A DNA stretch of 64,000 bases from an uncultured virus (IMG/VR IMGVR_UViG_3300018475_001895) (lineage: Duplodnaviria; Heunggongvirae; Uroviricota; Caudoviricetes). How positions within the stretch are numbered: position 1 is the stretch's first letter; each line of letters begins with the position of its first letter. The position numbers and the translations under genes are program-made. Below the pieces are notes generated by a model that was given only the letters and a program-made list of their open reading frames with translations, made no database searches and was not told the DNA's origin. Positions 58,328 to 64,000 of this stretch are shown piece by piece. The stretch is taken from the IMG/VR virus record IMGVR_UViG_3300018475_001895. One strand, written 5' to 3'.

Positions 58328-58630
58328 ATGAAAGTGTTTCTGAGTCATCCAATGCACGGGATTTCTGAGGAAGAGTGTCTTGCATATCGAGATAAGGCGA
58401 TGGAGCATATTTGTGAAAGATTTCCGGATGCAGAATTACTTGAAACATTCATTCATGAAAATGCTCCTGTTAATGCTACACGTCAATGGCATCTTGGAGA
58501 ATCTATTAAGTTCATGGGAGATGCTGATATAGTATTCTTTTCAAAAGATTTCCGAGAAGCTCGTGGATGTTGCGTAGAGTATCAAGTGTGTCTCGAATAT
58601 GGGATCCCATTTGAAATTCTACAAATTTAA
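58328..58630 (+). CDS. Small nucleoside-2-deoxyribosyltransferase-like / DUF4406-like protein
   Basis: VFLSHPMHG...ADIVFF...ARGCCVEY. Confidence 0.6.
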   Translation: MKVFLSHPMHGISEEECLAYRDKAMEHICERFPDAELLETFIHENAPVNATRQWHLGESIKFMGDADIVFFSKDFREARGCCVEYQVCLEYGIPFEILQI

Positions 58631-58638
58631 GAATTGAG

Positions 58639-59751
58639 GTGAATGTTATGATCGCGATTGCTCTTGTAGATCAAAAGTGGGGCATCGCAGCCAATGGCAA
58701 GCAAATCATATTTATTCCGGAAGATCTGAAACGGTTCAAGAAGCTTACTGAGGGTCATCCAGTTATTATGGGTCGTAAAACATATGAAGCCCTTCCCGGA
58801 AAGAGACCACTTCCAGGAAGACGTAATCTGATTCTATCCAGGAATATGGAGACTGCACCAGAAGGATTTGAGCTTGGTAGCCTCATGGCTAATGATCCCG
58901 ATACATGTGTAATAGGTGGTGAGTCGGTCTATGCGCAGCTACTTCCTTTATGTGATCATATCTACCTCACTGTAGTAGAATATGATTTCGAGGCTGATCA
59001 ATTTTTCCCCAATATTACTCATGATGGAAGTGATTGGGAGTTAAGATCCCGTGGACCTGATCTTGAGTATAATGGATATGTATACCATTTCGATGAATAT
59101 GTTCGCAAAGGTTCTTTTGATCTTGTTGAACCTACGAAATCGGTAGAAGAAGATCTGCAGCAGTTTAATAAAGCTGAAATTCTTGCTGTTGCAGAAACAC
59201 TTATCCAGCAAGCTCAAAAGGAGCATACGAATGAAGAGGCCCAAGCCTCAGCCATCTTAGCAAATCTGGCAGTATTGTGTTATTCTCAGGGTATGAATGC
59301 AACCTGTAACAAAGGTGTGAAAGCTTTTGCATCTACCGATGATATTTTTGCTGACGTTATTGCAGAGGCGCAAATTCGTTGGGAGTGGATCATCACATAC
59401 TGTCACGATGTGTTAAACATTGATCTTCATCCATTGGCAATGCTATTTGTATTGCGATTTATCACATCTAGCGAGAACGATGTGTATGCTCCACATGTTC
59501 TTGCGGGTATTGAGCGTGTCAGCAAACAGTTGGATGAAAAGATCGCTGAAGATGTACAAGCAGCGGATGCTGAAATCGATCCTGAGATTGAAAGTTTTGA
59601 TGGGAGTATGGCAACTTTGGTTGTAGAATATTTCAAATTGCTTGAGGAAATCGGAACATTCCATCGGGATCGCGATAAGTACGAGACAGAAGAACAGAAG
59701 AAACTACATGATCGAATTGTTACGATTTATCGTAAGATCGGTCGTACATAA
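58639..59751 (+). CDS. folA: Dihydrofolate reductase fused to a ~210-aa unknown helical domain
   Basis: GIAANG...PEDLKRFKKLT, VIMGRKTYEAL, RPLPGRRN, VIGGESVY, DQFFP. Confidence 0.88.
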   Translation: MNVMIAIALVDQKWGIAANGKQIIFIPEDLKRFKKLTEGHPVIMGRKTYEALPGKRPLPGRRNLILSRNMETAPEGFELGSLMANDPDTCVIGGESVYAQLLPLCDHIYLTVVEYDFEADQFFPNITHDGSDWELRSRGPDLEYNGYVYHFDEYVRKGSFDLVEPTKSVEEDLQQFNKAEILAVAETLIQQAQKEHTNEEAQASAILANLAVLCYSQGMNATCNKGVKAFASTDDIFADVIAEAQIRWEWIITYCHDVLNIDLHPLAMLFVLRFITSSENDVYAPHVLAGIERVSKQLDEKIAEDVQAADAEIDPEIESFDGSMATLVVEYFKLLEEIGTFHRDRDKYETEEQKKLHDRIVTIYRKIGRT

Positions 59752-59853
59752 CCTCTCGAAATACATATTATATCAGTGGATGTAGAGCCTTCATACATAA
59801 GGTTTTGCATCCACTGATATTGTAATTCAAAATATAGAGAGGAGTATGAAACT

Positions 59854-60144
59854 ATGACAAGAAGACAGAGACGAGATCTTGTAATTGATCAGAAGAGAGC
59901 CGCACTTGCATATGCAGCTCGTGATGTTTCTCAGCAAGAATTAGCCGAAGAGTTCGGTGTTACTCAGAGCACTATTTCCAGATACATTAAACTGGGCGAA
60001 TTAGCGATCCTCGCAGAGTGTAATATCAAAGAAGCCGATAGTCCGAGCACAGTGCGAGCTAAAGCTAGTAGAGCTGGTTATCATGACACCAGTGATATTC
60101 AGCGTATACATGGTCATTGTGTTCGACGATATCAGAAAGTGTAA
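59854..60144 (+). CDS. Helix-turn-helix DNA-binding protein
   Basis: SQQELAEEFGVTQSTISRYI. Confidence 0.8.
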   Translation: MTRRQRRDLVIDQKRAALAYAARDVSQQELAEEFGVTQSTISRYIKLGELAILAECNIKEADSPSTVRAKASRAGYHDTSDIQRIHGHCVRRYQKV

Positions 60145-60192
60145 TTTAAATAAGCATACATAAAATACGAAAGAAAAGGAGAGTGAAATTGT

Positions 60193-61533
60193 ATGCAGGC
60201 AATCCGTGCTGGGGACCTTTATTTCTTGCAGTCCCCGTTTCATACGCAACCGTCAGATACAGGAGCTGCTGTAGAAAAGAGGCTTAGTTATCTGCTCGGT
60301 ACAGTTTCATCGAGACCGGTGGTAGTAATCCGGCCTCCCGCATGGTGGGATCGTTTCAACACCTGTACTGTCATACCCGCACTGTCCCACGGTGAACCGG
60401 CTATTGTTTATAAGCTGATCGACCGCTACGGAGGGATGACGAAAGCTGACTATCCCTTTGTGCCTCATAATCCACATACCATTCCTGTTTCACGACTGGG
60501 CAAGTTTATGGGGTCAATGACAGATGAAGAATTAGAACCTCTTCTCTATGCATATAAGTGGATCCATGATCCCTTTATGCAGATGGATACACAGAACTAT
60601 CCTGTACCAGAGGTATATCGAGATGTGATGGCGAAAAAGATTCCGCCTCACAGTTGGAGAGTGAATAAAGATGCCAGAGCTGGTGTAGATATCCGTATCA
60701 CGAAAGATATGGAACTACAAAGTGAAACTAATCCTGAGCTGAACCGTTTCAATATTGGCTCTGCGATGAAAACCAAGATCTCTCCCACTGCTGAGAGAGC
60801 ATTGAACTGTGACAAGATTTATGTTCCAACGGAGAACCCTCTTCCTGATTCCGTTGAAATGGGGATTAATGAAATATCTTGTCCGGTAGAAAAATCATTC
60901 CCGCCATCAATATTTGATACGGAGACGCTGAACAGGGTTGCCAGCAGGTTTACTATCAGCGATGCGTATTATAATAACGATAAATCTATTCGAACACCAG
61001 ATATCCTTACAGCGTCTGAAATTTCAAATATCCGTTGTGAGCTGACCGATTCTGAATTCAATGAGATCATTCAGTTCTACAAGAAGATGACACCGTTGGA
61101 TGCATATATACTTGGTCCGCGTCTTCCTCTTGAAGTTCTGGCTGATATTACTGAGATGCCCACATCTAAGGCTGTCGCTCTGAAAAGGCTCTGTAATTAT
61201 ATGCGCGATCTTCCTTGCGAAGATTATGATAATAGAGTCAAAGAGCTTGAAGATAGGTTAGAGTCTGAAAAGGAAGAACAATCTGAAGTCGAAGAAGAGA
61301 TTAAACAGCAAGGCGCAAATAAGTCTCCATCCATGTATGTGAATGAGCTTCAGAAAGTTAAACCATATCTGAATCAGAAATCTATCATGAGCATGCCAGA
61401 TGATGTCGCCAGGCTATTCCTCGAAATGCCGATGTATCTCATTAAGAGAAATTATAATGGGACTCAGTTTAATAAACCATATGCGAAAGCTATGGAATAC
61501 TATAAAGAGAAACTAAGTAAAACACCAGCTTGA
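60193..61533 (+). CDS. Protein with N-terminal PemK/MazF-like domain and long C-terminal extension
   Basis: IRAGDLYF...RPVVVI...NTCTVIPALS resembles MazF RGDIY..RPVLVI..TVIVAPIT. Confidence 0.55.
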   Translation: MQAIRAGDLYFLQSPFHTQPSDTGAAVEKRLSYLLGTVSSRPVVVIRPPAWWDRFNTCTVIPALSHGEPAIVYKLIDRYGGMTKADYPFVPHNPHTIPVSRLGKFMGSMTDEELEPLLYAYKWIHDPFMQMDTQNYPVPEVYRDVMAKKIPPHSWRVNKDARAGVDIRITKDMELQSETNPELNRFNIGSAMKTKISPTAERALNCDKIYVPTENPLPDSVEMGINEISCPVEKSFPPSIFDTETLNRVASRFTISDAYYNNDKSIRTPDILTASEISNIRCELTDSEFNEIIQFYKKMTPLDAYILGPRLPLEVLADITEMPTSKAVALKRLCNYMRDLPCEDYDNRVKELEDRLESEKEEQSEVEEEIKQQGANKSPSMYVNELQKVKPYLNQKSIMSMPDDVARLFLEMPMYLIKRNYNGTQFNKPYAKAMEYYKEKLSKTPA

Positions 61534-61546
61534 TTGGAGAAGAGTA

Positions 61547-61576
61547 AAACGGGGGCCTAGCGTCCCCGTTTCTTTT
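61547..61576 (+). terminator. Intrinsic terminator
   Basis: AAACGGGGGC/GTCCCCGTTT stem followed by CTTTT. Confidence 0.75.
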
Positions 61577-61612
61577 CCTGTCAATATATTAACACAAATG
61601 TACAAATAGGAG

Positions 61613-62806
61613 GTGAAATATAGTTTGCGTGACTTTAAAATCATAGCAGCTATGGCAGATTTGCATATTGGAGTACGTCATGTTAGTGCAAAGACGCTTA
61701 AAGTTCAGCTGAAGAAACATTTCTTTGACGTTCTGAGGAATATGAAATATCTTGATGGAATTTTTCTGCTTGGGGATCTTCTTCATACAGTGATTACATT
61801 GGATTCAGATTATTCAGAACTGTTTCATTGGTTCATAGATAAGGTTTATAAGATTGCAAAAAAGAAAGGTGCCACTGTGGTTATTGTACGAGGCACTCAA
61901 GCACACGATGCAACCCAGCTTGATAATATAAAATATCTTCAGAGAAATGAAGATGGTGTTGATTTCCGTATCTATGATACCGTGGAAGAGATAACTCTCT
62001 GGAATGATTATAAGGTTCTGGTACTTCCCGATGTAAAGGTGAAACAGCTCAAAGATGTTGGCAAGTATTTTAAAAATTCTGATAAATATGATCTGATTCT
62101 TGGTCATGGGCTGATTACACAAATGCAGTTCTTTGCACAGGAATCTGAGAATATGCCAACAAAGACTTATGTTTTTGATGCAGATGAGCTCAATTCTGCG
62201 TGTAAAGGTCCGGTTTTATTTGGTCATATCCATCAGTACCAGTCAATCGGAAATCAATTCTACTATGTAGGCCCGTTTACGATGCTTGAGCGTGGTAATA
62301 TTGATGCTGGTTTTGTTGTTATGGGTATCTATGATAATGATCGGACAAAATATAAAGTTGAGCATTATATCAATCCGGATTCTGCAGCCTATCATGAGAT
62401 TGATGTAACTGCAAAGATCCTTCGTGATATTCCTATTGATGAGATCGTTGAGGCGATTGATTCTATCGCGACCGATGCAAAAGAGAATGATCTCATCACT
62501 CTTCGAATTACCCGTGGTGATGAGACTGAGGCTGCAGAGAAAGTGATGATACTGGAGAATCGATATCGAAAAGATAAAAGATTTTCAATCATCAAGAAAG
62601 TTAAAAATAAACGGGAAGAAGAGCATGATAAACTGCAAGCGGATAGGAAAAAGAGATATGAGTATTTAATGGATGAGAATATGGAACTTCCATCTATTCT
62701 GTACACATACTATCTTTCAGATGTAATTCCAACTCTTCCTGATAAGAAGAGTGTTGCTGCTTGTCTGACTGAAGATGATTTCCGTAAAGCGTTAGGAGTT
62801 GAATAA
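61613..62806 (+). CDS. SbcD/Mre11-like metallophosphoesterase nuclease
   Basis: ADLHIG, GDLLH, GTQAHD, GHG, GHIH. Confidence 0.85.
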   Translation: MKYSLRDFKIIAAMADLHIGVRHVSAKTLKVQLKKHFFDVLRNMKYLDGIFLLGDLLHTVITLDSDYSELFHWFIDKVYKIAKKKGATVVIVRGTQAHDATQLDNIKYLQRNEDGVDFRIYDTVEEITLWNDYKVLVLPDVKVKQLKDVGKYFKNSDKYDLILGHGLITQMQFFAQESENMPTKTYVFDADELNSACKGPVLFGHIHQYQSIGNQFYYVGPFTMLERGNIDAGFVVMGIYDNDRTKYKVEHYINPDSAAYHEIDVTAKILRDIPIDEIVEAIDSIATDAKENDLITLRITRGDETEAAEKVMILENRYRKDKRFSIIKKVKNKREEEHDKLQADRKKRYEYLMDENMELPSILYTYYLSDVIPTLPDKKSVAACLTEDDFRKALGVE

Positions 62807-62808
62807 AT

Positions 62809-63069
62809 ATGACCCAACAAGAACTTGATAAATTAAATACTCTTACTAAGAAGTATGGGTATGAATTTAGATCTCTTAGAGAGATCAAGAAATATACACG
62901 CAAAGTGCGGAGAGATATTCGTGAGAAATGTAAAGCTATGGGAATTCGTGTCGATGATAATACCATAAGAATTTATCGGACATGGAAACCAAAGAAGAGA
63001 TTTGATAATCTCTTAATCCGTCCTGGATTGAAGAAGCGTTATATTCAATTAAAATACAAAGGAGATTGA
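62809..63069 (+). CDS. Small basic hypothetical protein
   Basis: 86 aa, operonic. Confidence 0.6.
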   Translation: MTQQELDKLNTLTKKYGYEFRSLREIKKYTRKVRRDIREKCKAMGIRVDDNTIRIYRTWKPKKRFDNLLIRPGLKKRYIQLKYKGD

Positions 63070-63302
63070 TACGCATGGCTAATAGTGAAATGATGGAACT
63101 GGAAGGTACTGTGGTTGAAGCATTCCCCAGTCTGATGTTCAAAGTTGCTGTAGATGTTGGAGGAAAGACTCATCATGTGATGTGTACGCTTTCCGGTAAG
63201 TTGAAGATGAACTATATCCGGGTGCTGGTAGGAGATAAAGTTATGATTCAGATGTCTCCATATGATCTGACAAAGGGTCGTATCACCTGGAGATACAAGT
63301 AA
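63066..63302 (+). CDS. infA: Translation initiation factor IF-1
   Basis: ELEGTVVEAFP..MFKV...SGKLKMNYIRVLVGDKV...SPYDLTKGRITWR. Confidence 0.95.
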   Translation: MIRMANSEMMELEGTVVEAFPSLMFKVAVDVGGKTHHVMCTLSGKLKMNYIRVLVGDKVMIQMSPYDLTKGRITWRYK

Positions 63303-63392
63303 CAAAGGCGCTCTATTAAAGGTTGATCTGTGGGTAAACGTATCTATACATACCCATACTAAATCTTAAAATTCCGAAAGTGGGATTGATAT

Positions 63393-64000
63393 ATGAGTGC
63401 TAATTATCTCAAACTTTTATCGGCAACGGATAAACTTCCAGTGCATACTGATTTAGATACACTGGATATCTACTGTGAATATCTGTTGAACGATTCCAGC
63501 AAATACATAAACTATGCAAATTTAACGAATCTTCAGGATTACATATCGAGAATGGATCCGAAGATCTTTATGACGAATGATGCAAAGATGGCTCGATATG
63601 AATTCATCAAGTGCTATCTGGAAGCTCGTATCAGTCGTGGTGTAGTTTCTCGTAAGATGTGTCTCCGATATGTAAGTGAAACTGTAGATCATAAGTATTG
63701 GAAGATCATCCAGCGAGAGATTCTTAATTCGATTGAACCTGATACACTGAAGAAGAAAGATATTGAATTTATCAATGATATGATCTTTGCTCAATTGAAC
63801 GTCATGTTTCTGCATGCATACAAGGCTCCGATTGTGCGACTTATGGAAGAATTGGAGACGAATGAGTTCGGTAAAACTCCTGAGAGTTGTACGAATGCAA
63901 TCCAGTTATTCCAGAGTATGTTGAATGAGCTTATGAAAGCTCAGCGGAGATCTAAGCAGGACAATAGATTCAATCTGACAGACGTGAACCATTTTAATGC
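63393..64000 (+). CDS. Partial CDS running off the window edge (possibly a helicase N-terminus; unconfirmed)
   Basis: MSANYLKLLSATDKLPVH... open to the window end; no diagnostic motif within the window. Confidence 0.6.
   Translation, partial: MSANYLKLLSATDKLPVHTDLDTLDIYCEYLLNDSSKYINYANLTNLQDYISRMDPKIFMTNDAKMARYEFIKCYLEARISRGVVSRKMCLRYVSETVDHKYWKIIQREILNSIEPDTLKKKDIEFINDMIFAQLNVMFLHAYKAPIVRLMEELETNEFGKTPESCTNAIQLFQSMLNELMKAQRRSKQDNRFNLTDVNHFN

Noticed and set aside
1..64000. CRISPR array, DGR/reverse transcriptase, chimallin or PhuZ
   Set aside because: No repeat-spacer array or RT motifs seen. The Cas4-like nuclease is solitary. Chimallin and tubulin were not recognisable by eye but cannot be excluded among the hypothetical proteins or outside the window.

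Overview
A 64 kb segment of a phiKZ/AR9-like jumbo myophage. The host is probably an anaerobic Firmicute, inferred from the class III RNR, a Clostridia-type ThyA and the strong AAG/CTG codon bias in some genes. Virion genes: a 3571-aa tape-measure-like protein with two C39-like peptidase domains and a tail lysozyme, a PAAR tip, and baseplate/tail-fibre proteins. Transcription and DNA metabolism: split multisubunit RNA polymerase subunits (large beta and beta' C-terminal), RNase H, a PolB-like fragment, a PD-(D/E)XK exonuclease and SbcD. Metabolic genes: folD, thyA, a DHFR fusion and infA. The anaerobic RNR locus is split into an nrdD core with a group I intron (HNH), nrdG, and a separate 63-aa glycyl-radical peptide whose gene carries a second group I intron (LAGLIDADG) right after the radical Gly codon. 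It is followed by a stand-alone degenerate Hint/intein-like ORF and an ORF-free, ~850-nt, extensively base-paired RNA candidate with its own terminator, which is the top finding. Other notable patterns are an AACA-N6-TA late-promoter motif, a TATA(T/C)TATA early-like motif, a terminal peptide motif (RDxDGF-hydrophobic-x-L) shared by unrelated proteins, and a small fold-back locus with an internal TGA. All calls come from reading motifs by eye; no database searches were run.
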